A program made the translations under genes and the position numbers. 64,000 nucleotides of DNA from Bacteroidota bacterium (lineage in GTDB: Bacteria; Bacteroidota; Bacteroidia; Chitinophagales; Chitinophagaceae), in the NCBI GenBank assembly GCA_023424015.1, contig JAFAEM010000011.1:1140-65139 (forward strand). The letters run 5' to 3'. Under the pieces are notes generated by a model. It made no database searches and was not told the origin of the DNA. It saw only the letters and a list, made by a program, of their open reading frames with translations. This document shows, piece after piece, positions 1-10,146 of this stretch. How positions within the stretch are numbered: position 1 is the first letter of the stretch; each line of letters starts with the position of its first letter.

Positions 1-1
1 C

Positions 2-124
2 ATAGATAAAGTTTGCAAATATATACTCCAGCAGCCACTACATCACAGGAAGGAAACCTTCTCCGAAGAGTATGAAAAACTCATGAAGCATTACCAAAAG
101 ACACTTAAGTGGGACATAAGGTAA
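2..124 (+). mobile_element. 3' end (partial) of an IS200/IS605-family or REP-associated Y1 HUH transposase
   Basis: Frame from position 2 reads IDKVCKYILQQPLHHRKETFSEEYEKLMKHYQKTLKWDIR*. This matches the Y1 C-terminal pattern V..YI.(N/Q)Q..HH....F.EEY with the catalytic Tyr. Truncated by the window edge and absent from the ORF track. Confidence 0.8.
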
Positions 125-266
125 TAAGGTTGAGTTCGTTTTTGACAGGCTTGTTACTAAGGTAATAAGGTCGAACAGCCCCAACATCTTATTCCCTTAT
201 CTACTGAAAAATAAGCTAATAAGGTTGTGCCTTTATAGCAATTTATGTTACTAAGGTAATAAGGTT
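116..266. repeat. REP-like repeat cluster downstream of the Y1 transposase
   Basis: TAAG(G/C)TAATAAGGT occurs four times, at 117, 158, 212 and 252. TGTTACTAAGGTAATAAGGT is identical at 152-171 and 246-265. A degenerate inverted copy lies at 186-200. The higher-order period is about 94-95 bp. Confidence 0.8.
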
Positions 267-327
267 TTCACTCCTGCTATGACAATGCACATCACCAGCT
301 AAATCGAAAATTTGAAAGACACCCATG

Positions 328-1680
328 CTACTTCTTTCGCCTGAAAATAACGGCCGCGTTTTGCTGGAAGTCAGCGCTGAATCGAACCTGGTAGGTCGCG
401 TCACCATCATCTACTACCAAAAGGCCAGTATTGGGTGGGTATTTTCCGAGGTTCTCGGCATAGAGTACAAGGTTGAGCTCATCCTGGCCTGGCTGGATAT
501 AAATCGTTTTTTTGATGGCCGAAGCTTTAAGTCCCTGTTTGGCCAGCAATATCTCTCCATTTAATAAAACACTCACGGTATCACCGTCTATTTCTCCATT
601 ATCGTAGAGCTTAATGATAAGACTGTCTGATTTAAAAGTAAGCGTTTGTGGAGCCGCCATTCTTCTTTCGGCAACAAACACCGCCGCCGATGAAGCTGTA
701 ATTATGGGTTTGGTGACAGGTGTTGGTGTTATGGTTTTTTCAGGTTCCAGCTTGGCCATCTCAGAAGGGTCTATTTTTTTTGTCTCTGTTTTGGCGGGCT
801 CTTCAGGTATCACCGGTTTTGTTTCTTTGACGGAAACCTGGTTTTTTATCCCGGGCCGTACATTGCTGGTTTCGATTTGCTTTTTATCCGCTATTATTTG
901 ACTTACAGGAGTCGAAGTATTTTTCAGGCTGGTAGCGGCAAGCGATTCTTCCAGGCTGGGCGCTGGTTTTGGCTGCTCCTTTTTCTCGCTACCAGTTGCT
1001 TTTGCTACCTCACTATTTATTGTTTTATTAGAAACGGTTTGTTGGGGCTGCCGGGGGGTATCATTTTTTACTGCCGCCGCCTGCCGGGTGGGCACGGTTT
1101 CTTTTACCACTGCGTTTTGATATGCTATGTCTGCTGCACTGGCTTCTTTCTTTTTAGCTTCGGCATAAAACTCAACATTCTTTGCCAGGTCCAATTCTTC
1201 AAGATGCGGGAATAGTTTCGATTTGGCGATATCGGGTTCCGAGGTTAAACTTATTTTTCCCGAGATCGAATAATATCCATGCCGCTTTGTTTCCGTGGTT
1301 TTCCAGTCGCCATCCAGTTTCCAGATACTATCCTGCAGGTTGCGACGGAAAGTGCTGATGAGTTTAACTCCTTTATCGGGCCGGCGGGGGAAATTGTGAC
1401 GAACGATCTCATCATCCTTTACTTCACAGATCTCGTTATCGATCGTTCCTTTTACTCTTTTGATGATGTAGTAAAGTGTATCGTTCACAGTAAATGTCAT
1501 ACGGGAATACCCGTACACCTTACCCCGGTATTCTGTCAGGGCAATCTCAAAGGCCTGGTCTTTCCTCACGGTAGCGCTGTCATTATCCAGGGTACCCACC
1601 CACAACCCTGTCAGGGATGTCTGTGCATAAAAAAATAAGGGGAAAAACAGTAAAATGAGCAGTAGTTGCAGGAATCTCAT
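328..1680 (-). CDS. Secreted hypothetical protein: N-terminal domain, Pro/Lys/Thr-rich linker, small C-terminal beta domain
   Basis: 450-aa ORF with signal peptide, low-complexity middle and a C-terminal YDNGEIDGDTVSV motif. Confidence 0.8.
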   Translation of the reverse strand: MRFLQLLLILLFFPLFFYAQTSLTGLWVGTLDNDSATVRKDQAFEIALTEYRGKVYGYSRMTFTVNDTLYYIIKRVKGTIDNEICEVKDDEIVRHNFPRRPDKGVKLISTFRRNLQDSIWKLDGDWKTTETKRHGYYSISGKISLTSEPDIAKSKLFPHLEELDLAKNVEFYAEAKKKEASAADIAYQNAVVKETVPTRQAAAVKNDTPRQPQQTVSNKTINSEVAKATGSEKKEQPKPAPSLEESLAATSLKNTSTPVSQIIADKKQIETSNVRPGIKNQVSVKETKPVIPEEPAKTETKKIDPSEMAKLEPEKTITPTPVTKPIITASSAAVFVAERRMAAPQTLTFKSDSLIIKLYDNGEIDGDTVSVLLNGEILLAKQGLKASAIKKTIYIQPGQDELNLVLYAENLGKYPPNTGLLVVDDGDATYQVRFSADFQQNAAVIFRRKK

Positions 1681-1875
1681 CGGGAACGTCGCAGTCTGGT
1701 TAAAGGATATTGTTTTGCCAGCTTATAAAACGAAAATTCCCCGGTTTGATTGTGCAGGTTTTATACAAACCTGGGCCTCATCACGATATCCTGGCAGGTC
1801 GGTTTCTCAACCAGCTATAGCTATGCCTATACAGAGAAAATTTGCACCAGCCAGCCAAATTACTTCATCCCACTT

Positions 1876-2128
1876 ATTATTGTCCGGGGAACGCTGGAGT
1901 ACTATAAACCACGGCGGGCACGGCGAGCACAGCGAAGGCGTCTGCATGTTAAAAAATATGCTAAGGATAACAGGACAAGATGCTAATACTCCGCTGTGTC
2001 CGCAGTGTGCGCTGTGGTTTCCTGACACATCGATACATTTTAACTACGGCCAGTAAAAGTAAAACTCATAGGTGCCGCCTGGGTTAAAGGTTTTGACAAC
2101 AACCCAAAAGATTATTCCCGACAGTAAT
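1876..2128 (+). mobile_element. MITE/REPIN-like element family A, copy 1 (253 bp)
   Basis: Ends ATTATTGTCCGGG ... TCCCGACAGTAAT form imperfect TIRs. Internal 32-bp inverted repeat at 1906-1937/1989-2020. Homologous at both ends to 34429-34671 on the opposite strand. Confidence 0.75.
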
Positions 2129-2139
2129 GAATCCCAATT

Positions 2140-2242
2140 ATTATTGTCCGGGGAACGCTGGAGTACTATAAACCACGGCGGGCACGGCGAGCACATCGAA
2201 AGGTATCTACGTGATAAAAAATCTGCTCCAGTCAACAATAAT
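2140..2242 (+). mobile_element. Element family A, copy 2 (short, internally deleted)
   Basis: 2138-2195 is identical to 1874-1931 over 58 bp. Ends in CAACAATAAT, an imperfect inverse of the left end. Confidence 0.7.
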
Positions 2243-2262
2243 TACCAATTACTAAAACCCGC

Positions 2263-3912
2263 TTAGCGGTTCATGGAAGCCAGGAACTCTTCATTGCTCT
2301 TCGTTCCCTTCATCCTGTTTTGCAATTCCCGCATGGCTTCTTCCGTATTCATATCGGTGAGGAATACACGCAGCAGGTTCATACGCTGTAAGACATCTCT
2401 TTCCAACAGCAGGTCGTCGCGACGTGTAGAGGAAGCTGTAAGGTCAATAGCAGGATAGATACGTTTATTAGCGAGTCTCCGGTCGAGCTGTAGTTCCATA
2501 TTACCCGTTCCCTTGAACTCTTCAAAGATCACCTCATCCATTTTACTGCCGGTATCGATCAGCGCAGTAGCCAGGATGGTGAGTGAACCACCGTTTTCAA
2601 TTTTACGGGCAGCGCCAAAGAATTGTTTTGGCTTTTGCATCGCATTTGCTTCCACACCACCGGATAATACTTTACCGCTGGAAGGTGCAACCGTATTATG
2701 GGCACGGGCAAGACGAGTGATGGAATCCAGCAGGATCACAACATCGTGTCCGCATTCAACCAGACGTTTTGCTTTTTGCAGGGCAATTGTTGACACCTTT
2801 ACGTGCTTTTCAGCAGGCTCATCAAAAGTGGAGGCAATCACTTCCGCTTTTACGCTGCGTTCCATATCCGTTACCTCTTCAGGACGCTCATCCACCAAAA
2901 CAACCATCAGGTAACATTCAGGATGGTTTTCGGCGATCGCGTTGGCCACCGCTTTTAACAGCATGGTCTTACCGGTCTTTGGCTGGGCTACTATCAGTCC
3001 GCGCTGTCCCTTACCAATCGGAGTGAACAGATCCATGATACGGGTAGAATAGTCAGATGGTGTCGTGAACAGGTTAAGTTTCTCGAATGGGAATAAGGGT
3101 GTCAGGTAATCAAAAGGCACACGGTCACGAACTTCATCGGGTCCTTTACCATTGATCGTGTCCACTTTTAATAAAGCAAAATATTTTTCACCTTCTTTGG
3201 GTGGTCTTACCGCACCATGAACAGTATCACCGGTCTTCAGGCCAAATAATTTGATCTGCGAAGGAGATACGTATACATCATCGGGTGATGAGAGGTAATT
3301 ATAATCGGAGGAGCGGAGAAATCCATAACCATCGGGCATCATTTCAAGTACACCTTCGGAAAGGATCACACCATCAAATTCAATATTGAAATTTTGCTCG
3401 CGCTTATGATGATGTTGTTTTGGTGAAAGATTGAGATCACCTGCAGTAGCGGGTGCGTTTGGACCGAGGTTCAGGGGTTGTTCAGGTTGTTCGAGTGCGG
3501 CTTCTGCGGATTCAGTTTCCTCCATATCGGGTGCTACTTCTTCAACACGTTCAGCCGCTTCTTTATCTTCTGATTTCTTGCGTCCTTTTTTAGCGGGTTG
3601 TTTCTCTTCTTTTTTGCTTTGCCCGGCGCCGGCCTTCTTAACTACCTTTTTTTCTGTAGGTGCCGGTGTTGAACTTTCTTCCACCACCGCTTCTTCGGTT
3701 GAGTTAGCTGTGCTGGCTTTTATAATTCTTTTTCTTTTATTTTTTTCCTCGCCTGTACCTGCACCTTTGGAGCCTGCAATGGCCTGGTTGTCGAGAATTT
3801 TATAGATAAGTCCCTGTTTGTCGAGTTTTTTGGCATTGGGGATATTGAGCTGTTCGGCAATGTCCAAAAGCTCAGGAACGATCATATCGTTCAATTGCAG
3901 AATATCGTACAT
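2263..3912 (-). CDS. rho: Transcription termination factor Rho with N-terminal low-complexity insertion
   Basis: GYGFLR RNA-binding motif, Walker A (PKTGKT), [13 protein letters not shown] and [11 protein letters not shown] motifs. Confidence 0.98.
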   Translation of the reverse strand: MYDILQLNDMIVPELLDIAEQLNIPNAKKLDKQGLIYKILDNQAIAGSKGAGTGEEKNKRKRIIKASTANSTEEAVVEESSTPAPTEKKVVKKAGAGQSKKEEKQPAKKGRKKSEDKEAAERVEEVAPDMEETESAEAALEQPEQPLNLGPNAPATAGDLNLSPKQHHHKREQNFNIEFDGVILSEGVLEMMPDGYGFLRSSDYNYLSSPDDVYVSPSQIKLFGLKTGDTVHGAVRPPKEGEKYFALLKVDTINGKGPDEVRDRVPFDYLTPLFPFEKLNLFTTPSDYSTRIMDLFTPIGKGQRGLIVAQPKTGKTMLLKAVANAIAENHPECYLMVVLVDERPEEVTDMERSVKAEVIASTFDEPAEKHVKVSTIALQKAKRLVECGHDVVILLDSITRLARAHNTVAPSSGKVLSGGVEANAMQKPKQFFGAARKIENGGSLTILATALIDTGSKMDEVIFEEFKGTGNMELQLDRRLANKRIYPAIDLTASSTRRDDLLLERDVLQRMNLLRVFLTDMNTEEAMRELQNRMKGTKSNEEFLASMNR

Positions 3913-4199
3913 ACAAAAATCTTGAAGTTTGACACTGTGACTCGGTCACTTAAGTCTGAAAAATTTGAAAAAAGTTGAGTTTACTTGAACGGATAGGTAG
4001 GTTTCTGATGAGCCAATAATACAGGAGAACAGGTTACTTATCAGCCTCTTTCCAATGCAATAATACATTGTTTTTGGTAAAAACAAAAATTTTTAGAAGC
4101 AGGGCAGACAAGCTTAACAGGTCTTTAGATGGATGTAAACCAGGCAGTGATACAGGCATTTAAGGCTTAAATTATGACAAATGCATCCTATATGAGTTA

Positions 4200-4207
4200 T
4201 ATCTTTG
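4200..4207 (+). promoter_or_regulatory. Bacteroidota -7 promoter element for asnS
   Basis: TATCTTTG matches TAnnTTTG, 19 nt upstream of the ATG. Confidence 0.65.
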
Positions 4208-4226
4208 CCGTCCTTAAACGGACGAT

Positions 4227-5666
4227 ATGTTTAACAAGCGCATTAAAATAAAGGAATTGCTCACCCAGGAACCTACGGGGCAGGAAGTAGTGGTAATGGG
4301 TTGGGTACGCAGTTTTAGAAACAACCAGTTTATCGCCCTGAATGATGGTTCTACTAATAATAATATCCAGGTTGTAGCCGGTCTTGGCAAATTTGATGAC
4401 AGCCTGTTGAAGAGAATAACCATTTCAGCAGCGCTGAAGGTTTCCGGAAAAGTAGTGCCTTCTCCGGGTAAAGGGCAGAAGATGGATCTTGAGGCTGCGA
4501 GTATTGAAATACTGGGCGACAGTGATGCGGAACAATATCCCCTTCAACCCAAGAAACACTCTTTGGAATTCCTGCGTGAGATCGCGCACCTGCGTTTTCG
4601 CACCAATACTTTTGGTTCCGTATTCCGCGTGCGACATGCACTCGCGTTTGCAGTACATAAATTTTTTAATGATAAGGGCTTTTTGTATATGCATACGCCT
4701 ATCATCACCGCCAGTGATGCGGAAGGTGCTGGTGAAATGTTCAGGGTAACAACCCTGCCACTTGATGCGATTCCCAGGGATGAGAACGGCGCAATTGATT
4801 TCAAAGAGGATTTTTTTGGACGCCCGACCAATCTTACCGTTAGTGGTCAGCTGGAAGGCGAACTGGCTGCTACTGCATTTGCAGATATCTATACATTCGG
4901 TCCCACATTCCGTGCGGAGAATTCAAATACAGCGCGGCACCTCGCAGAGTTCTGGATGATCGAACCTGAAATGGCTTTTTATGATCTCGAGGACAACGCA
5001 AATCTCGCGGAAGAGTTTATCAAATACCTGATCGCCTATGTGATGGAACAGAACCGCGAAGACCTGGCTTTTCTCGCACAGCGTTTAGCCGACGAAGAAA
5101 AACAGCTGCCGGCAGACAAACGTTCAGGCATGGGACTGATCGAGAAGCTGGAGTTTGTGTTGAACAACGACTTTGAAAGGCTGACTTATACAGAAGCGAT
5201 CGATATTTTGCGGGAAAGCAATCACAACAAGAAAAAGAAATTCCAGTTTCCTATCACGGGATGGGGCATGGATCTTCAAAGCGAACATGAAAGGTATCTT
5301 GTAGAAAAACATTTTCAAAAACCGGTCATACTGACCAATTACCCCGCGGCGATCAAATCGTTTTATATGCGGCAGAATGATGACGGTAAAACCGTAGCGG
5401 CCATGGATATCCTGGCACCAGGTATTGGAGAGATCGTAGGCGGTTCGCAAAGAGAGGAAAGACTTGACAAACTGGAAGCCCGTATGAAAGAATTAAATAT
5501 TCCAGCCGACGAACTTTGGTGGTATCTCGATACCAGGCGTTTTGGTACCGTGCCGCATGCAGGATTTGGACTGGGCTTCGAGCGGATGGTACAGTTTGTA
5601 ACCGGAATGAATAATATCCGCGATGTGATCCCGTTTCCACGCACACCAAAGAATGCGGAATTTTAA
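4227..5666 (+). CDS. asnS: Asparagine--tRNA ligase
   Basis: OB-fold N-terminus (GWVRSFR), [31 protein letters not shown] and GFGLGFER class II motifs. Confidence 0.97.
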   Translation: MFNKRIKIKELLTQEPTGQEVVVMGWVRSFRNNQFIALNDGSTNNNIQVVAGLGKFDDSLLKRITISAALKVSGKVVPSPGKGQKMDLEAASIEILGDSDAEQYPLQPKKHSLEFLREIAHLRFRTNTFGSVFRVRHALAFAVHKFFNDKGFLYMHTPIITASDAEGAGEMFRVTTLPLDAIPRDENGAIDFKEDFFGRPTNLTVSGQLEGELAATAFADIYTFGPTFRAENSNTARHLAEFWMIEPEMAFYDLEDNANLAEEFIKYLIAYVMEQNREDLAFLAQRLADEEKQLPADKRSGMGLIEKLEFVLNNDFERLTYTEAIDILRESNHNKKKKFQFPITGWGMDLQSEHERYLVEKHFQKPVILTNYPAAIKSFYMRQNDDGKTVAAMDILAPGIGEIVGGSQREERLDKLEARMKELNIPADELWWYLDTRRFGTVPHAGFGLGFERMVQFVTGMNNIRDVIPFPRTPKNAEF

Positions 5667-5673
5667 ATTTGTT

Positions 5674-6501
5674 CTATTCATGAACACACATCACAGGGAC
5701 ATGTGATTCAAAAACCAGTTGCTTGGTAGAACTTTTTTTAAACAGCCCGCCAATGCGTTTGTGCTTTTTGGGTATAGTGATAACGATGTCGAGGTTGTTG
5801 GTCTCCGCGAATTCATTGATGCCATCTTCGATATCCCGGTTTTCAATGTAGTGATAAGTTGGTTTCATGTCTTCAAGTTCGCGGTGCAATAATTCCGACT
5901 GCATCGGTGTCTCTGGTTTGAAATGCCGGTTTTCATAGTCCACATTCAGCACATGCAATTCAGCATTGAATGTTTTTACAAAATTCCTGATCTCCTGCAC
6001 CGGGGTGGACTCTTTGATGGCTTCAAAATCGCAGGCCAGCCCGATTTTCCTGATACCGGGTGTATATTCTTTACCAAGTGGTACACCAATAACAGGCCAG
6101 GTAATATGTTTGATAACAGATAGCGTATTGCTTCCAAACAACACTCTTTCCATAGTTGAATGTCCTTTGGTACCCATTACCACAACGAAAGCCTGTTGAG
6201 TGCTGCACAGGTCCTCCAGCTCGTCCGACAGATTGCCCATACGTGCTTCAGTAAGGATCTCCACTTTACCAGAAGTAATATGCCCGATATCGTTTTTCAA
6301 TTGGGCCAGTTTGGTCTCAGCAGATTCCTTCAACTCTTCAACCGATAACAAAACGATGGGTGTGTCGGATACACTCAAAGGCAGCTGGTAAACATGAAAG
6401 AGAAAAAGTCTTGCGTTTATGGCCAGGGCCATATCGGCAGCATAGTTGGTTGCATTAAGCGCTGCGGGAGAAAAATCTGTGGCTACTACAATCGTCTTCA
6501 T
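5674..6501 (-). CDS. Universal stress protein (tandem Usp domains)
   Basis: MKTIVVATDFS start and VVMGTKG...FGSNT motif. A second Usp-like domain follows. Confidence 0.92.
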   Translation of the reverse strand: MKTIVVATDFSPAALNATNYAADMALAINARLFLFHVYQLPLSVSDTPIVLLSVEELKESAETKLAQLKNDIGHITSGKVEILTEARMGNLSDELEDLCSTQQAFVVVMGTKGHSTMERVLFGSNTLSVIKHITWPVIGVPLGKEYTPGIRKIGLACDFEAIKESTPVQEIRNFVKTFNAELHVLNVDYENRHFKPETPMQSELLHRELEDMKPTYHYIENRDIEDGINEFAETNNLDIVITIPKKHKRIGGLFKKSSTKQLVFESHVPVMCVHE

Positions 6502-6923
6502 CGTTTCTTATTTGAAGGTGAACAATTAGTTCATACTAAAGTTAACAAGGCATTGCCTCTTACCATGAATACGTTGGGGTCTTTTCATGAAATTATGTGG
6601 AAATTTTTTAATTGGGGCTTTAGGTAGATTCATTTGTCAACGGAATCAACCCATTTCAAAAGGATGATGAGCCTTTCATTCTTTTACAGCCTCAAGGCTG
6701 GTACCTACAGTTTTATTAATTTATTACAGATAGCACCCTGAATCTTCCCGAAGCTGCGAAGGCGGTTAATAAAAACCGGGAAAAAAGGGTATTTATCCGG
6801 CTATTTTACCGCTGGTCAAAACTTCTTTATCCCGGGCTTAAAGATTTTTTAAAATATAAATAGCTGATAAATAATATAATATACGTTTTCGACTATCCTG
6901 TTTAATGTCCATTACCTGAAATA

Positions 6924-6954
6924 ATTTGGTACTTTGTGTTGCATAGTACCAAAT
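6924..6954. promoter_or_regulatory. Palindromic operator, probably a PadR-family binding site
   Basis: Perfect 10-bp inverted repeat ATTTGGTACT-N11-AGTACCAAAT, just upstream of the -7 box TATCTTTG (6962-6969) of the DUF4440-padR-pspC cluster. Confidence 0.65.
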
Positions 6955-6985
6955 ATCACCGTATCTTTGATTTGTATTGAGAAAT

Positions 6986-7450
6986 ATGAATAAAGGATCA
7001 GTCATAGCGATAATGTTCAGCTTCATTTCGGTAATGGTGTTTGCACAACCGGAAAAAGAGGTAAAAGCAACGGCATTATTTGAAGAGATCGCGAAGCTGG
7101 ATAGTGTGGTTTTTGATGCGTTCAATAAAAGAACCGTAGATGGGTTCGCACTTTATTTCAGCAAGGACCTGGAGTTCTTTCATGACAAAGGTGGTCTCAC
7201 AGGTTTTGACCACACTATTAAATTCCTCCAGTCACTTAAGGACAGTGGCGATGATCTGCGGAGAGAATTGATCAAAGAAAGCCTGGAAGTATTTCCGATA
7301 CCCGGCTATGGCGCCATGCAGATCGGTTCACACCGCTTTTACCACACCAGCAATAAAAATTCGAATGGTGCCATCTTCAAGTTTGTTCATATATGGCAAA
7401 AGAAAGATGACCATTGGAAAATTACAAGGGTAGTCAGTTATGACCATTAA
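6986..7450 (+). CDS. NTF2-like (DUF4440 type) secreted protein
   Basis: Signal peptide, then DSVVFDAFN, LEFFHDKGGL and FVHIWQ..WKITRVVSYDH. ATG at 6986 preferred over the TTG at 6977. Confidence 0.85.
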   Translation: MNKGSVIAIMFSFISVMVFAQPEKEVKATALFEEIAKLDSVVFDAFNKRTVDGFALYFSKDLEFFHDKGGLTGFDHTIKFLQSLKDSGDDLRRELIKESLEVFPIPGYGAMQIGSHRFYHTSNKNSNGAIFKFVHIWQKKDDHWKITRVVSYDH

Positions 7451-7500
7451 AATAAAAGATAACAGCGGGCCTGTTTGTCAGGCCTCTTAAATAAAGTAAT

Positions 7501-7827
7501 ATGAATATCGAGAATACACAGAGCCAGATGCGGAAAGGAATTTTGGAATTTTGCATTCTTTCCGTGATTCGGAGGGGAGAAGCCTACCCCAGTGATATTG
7601 TGGAGGAAATGAAAGCCGCCAACATGCAGATACTGGAAGGTACGCTGTACCCACTTCTTACCAGGCTGAAGAATGCGGAGATGCTAACTTATCGATGGGT
7701 AGAAAGCAATTCCGGTCCGCCCCGAAAATATTTTTCCCTGACGGAAAAAGGCGAATCATTTTATAAAGAACTGGAGCAAACCTGGATAGAACTTTCTAAT
7801 GGTGTAAATGCGCTTGCAAAGAAATAA
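7501..7827 (+). CDS. PadR-family transcriptional regulator
   Basis: QMRKGILE, EGTLYPLLTRL and GPPRKYFSLTEKG motifs. Confidence 0.95.
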   Translation: MNIENTQSQMRKGILEFCILSVIRRGEAYPSDIVEEMKAANMQILEGTLYPLLTRLKNAEMLTYRWVESNSGPPRKYFSLTEKGESFYKELEQTWIELSNGVNALAKK

Positions 7828-7869
7828 TTCACAGAGAAATCAGATCAACTCAACCATAAATTTTACAAA

Positions 7870-10074
7870 ATGAAAAAGATTATCAACATAAACCTGAGTG
7901 GCCGCGTGATCCCGATAGAGGACTCGGCTTACGAAAAATTGCAGGCTTACATTGAAAGTCTTCGCCGTTATTTTTCTCATGAAGAAGGTCGCGATGAGAT
8001 CATCAATGACATTGAAAGTCGTATCGCAGAGCTTATGAATGAGAAAGTACGCAAAGGCGCTGCCTGCGTTACCGATGCCGATATCGATGAGATCATTGCG
8101 TCGATGGGAAGACCCGAGGATTTTGATGCTGAGACAGCAGAAAATACCGAAGCCACCAACGCAGGTACACAGCAGAATTACAGTAGCCAGGAAAAAAGGA
8201 CCAGGAAAAGACTTTACCGCGACAGCAATGACAAATTCATTGGTGGTGTTTGTAGTGGGATCGCCGCTTACCTCAATGTAGATCCTGCCATTGTAAGGAT
8301 ATTATTTGCCATCATCACTTTTGGTGGATTTGGCCTGGGTTTCCTGATCTATATTTTAATGTGGATCATCCTGCCCGAAAAAGATGTAGATGGTTTCAGG
8401 GGAAAAAGGCTCTATCGTAATCCGGATGACAAGATCATCGCTGGTGTGGCAGGTGGCCTGGCAGCTTATTTTAATACAAAAAGCACTAATATCCGGCTGA
8501 TCTTCCTGGCGCCCCTGATCCTGAGCATCCTGATCGGCATTCTCGACGGATTTACCTGGTGGGATGGTTTTCATTTCTTCCCCAATATTGTTTTCGGCTC
8601 ACTAAGTAGTACGTTCTTTCTTACCTACGTAATTCTCTGGATGGTATTGCCCGAAGCGTCGGGCCCTTATGAGAAAATGGAGATGCGTGGGGAAAAGGTG
8701 GATGTTAATACCATTCGCCAGAACGTGAAGGAAGGCATGGATACGATGAAGGACAGGGTAAAAACCTGGAGCGAAGATGTAAAAACATCTGCCCAGAATT
8801 TCAGTAACAAAGCATCCGAATTCGCAAATACAAGGGGTCGTGCATTTGCTTCAGAGTTCAGTGACACAGCCCGCCGAGGTGGCAGCGGCCTTGGACATGC
8901 TATCGGTGTGATCGTTAAAGCATTCTTTTTCTTCATCGCCGGTAGCATCGCATTTGCGCTGTTTGTTGCACTGATGGCGCTGATATTCGGTGGCATTGCC
9001 TGGTGGCCGATCAATAATTTTTTATGGACCAGCAATTCGCAACAATTGTATGCCTGGGGTACCCTGATCTTTTTCCTCGGCGTGCCTTTGATCGGGTTTA
9101 TCACCTGGGTTATCCGCAGGATATTAAGAGTTCGTTCGCGTAATAGTTACCTGGGATGGGTGTTCGGTGGCCTGTGGACCCTGGGATGGGTTTCGGTGAT
9201 GTTGCTGGCATCAAGTCTTACACGTGATGTGCGTGAATTCGAACATGTAGATTCAGCTTTAAATATTACACAGCCAGCTGCTGGTAAAATGATTGTCACC
9301 GTATCAAAACCCGAGTTGGAATACACCGGAAGTTTTGGCTGGATCAATGATGAAGGTGAAGGCTGGGATCTCTCGCCTGACACGCTGAAGCTTTCGTTTG
9401 TAAGATTCGATATTAATAAAAGTCCCGATTCGCTTTACTATGTTATTGTAAAAAGATACAGTTCGGGCAGAACAGAATCCGAAGCCAGGTCAAGAGCAAG
9501 TAAGATTCAGTATGAAGTAGTATATCGCGACAGTGTGCTTGACCTCGACAATGGGTTTGCCATCGATAAAGGAAGCAAATATCGTGGCCAGCATATTGAG
9601 ATCGAGATCGGCGTACCGGTGGGCAAGCAGATCGTATTCAATGAATCGATTGAAACCAAGCTCAACGATGTATCTTTCAAACGCCGTAAAGGCCGCTGGC
9701 CAAGAAATGCCTGGGATTTTGATCATGACGAACGCAGGCAATGGCGCACGGGTGTGGTTTACACTATGTCAGGCAATGGCCTGCTTACAAGTAGCTCTAA
9801 TCCGTCGGTGCCATCTACCCCGTCAAATGGTGAGTACAGGTATCAGCAAGATCATATACCAGCAGGGCAAACCCCCGGTGAAATTGAAAGGCAGATAGAG
9901 CAAGAGAAAGAGCGCCGCCGTGAATCAGAAAGAAGGATCAAAGAACTGGAACGCCAAAAAAGGGAAGCCCGCCGCTCTGCAGCCGTGCAACCCGAACGCA
10001 TGGATGATAAAGATGATTATTCTTCTATTTCGTCACCCTCACCTGTTTTTTCCCTGATAAAGAGTTTTATTTAA
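7870..10074 (+). CDS. PspC domain-containing membrane protein
   Basis: Two PspC repeats (RLYRDSNDKFIGGVCSGIAAYL; RLYRNPDDKIIAGVAGGLAAYF) and an N-terminal DIESRIAEL domain. Lies directly downstream of padR. Confidence 0.9.
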   Translation: MKKIININLSGRVIPIEDSAYEKLQAYIESLRRYFSHEEGRDEIINDIESRIAELMNEKVRKGAACVTDADIDEIIASMGRPEDFDAETAENTEATNAGTQQNYSSQEKRTRKRLYRDSNDKFIGGVCSGIAAYLNVDPAIVRILFAIITFGGFGLGFLIYILMWIILPEKDVDGFRGKRLYRNPDDKIIAGVAGGLAAYFNTKSTNIRLIFLAPLILSILIGILDGFTWWDGFHFFPNIVFGSLSSTFFLTYVILWMVLPEASGPYEKMEMRGEKVDVNTIRQNVKEGMDTMKDRVKTWSEDVKTSAQNFSNKASEFANTRGRAFASEFSDTARRGGSGLGHAIGVIVKAFFFFIAGSIAFALFVALMALIFGGIAWWPINNFLWTSNSQQLYAWGTLIFFLGVPLIGFITWVIRRILRVRSRNSYLGWVFGGLWTLGWVSVMLLASSLTRDVREFEHVDSALNITQPAAGKMIVTVSKPELEYTGSFGWINDEGEGWDLSPDTLKLSFVRFDINKSPDSLYYVIVKRYSSGRTESEARSRASKIQYEVVYRDSVLDLDNGFAIDKGSKYRGQHIEIEIGVPVGKQIVFNESIETKLNDVSFKRRKGRWPRNAWDFDHDERRQWRTGVVYTMSGNGLLTSSSNPSVPSTPSNGEYRYQQDHIPAGQTPGEIERQIEQEKERRRESERRIKELERQKREARRSAAVQPERMDDKDDYSSISSPSPVFSLIKSFI

Positions 10075-10113
10075 ACTTGGTTGATGTTGAACGTCCGACA
10101 CAGGTCGGCGAGG

Positions 10114-10146
10114 CAAAAGGTACCGGCAACGGGCCTTTTGTTTTTT
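10114..10146 (+). terminator. Probable intrinsic terminator after the pspC-like gene
   Basis: CAAAAGG...CCTTTTG stem followed by a T tract, between convergent genes. Confidence 0.55.

Noticed and set aside
116..266. Possible mini CRISPR array
   Set aside because: Repeats are only 14-20 bp, spacing is irregular (41, 54, 40 bp), one copy is inverted, and no cas genes are in the window.
1655..2266. Short ORFs 1655-2056, 1750-1986, 1807-2028, 2044-2238 and 2072-2266
   Set aside because: They are translations of the family A repeat on both strands and share repeat-derived peptides, with no protein-family features.
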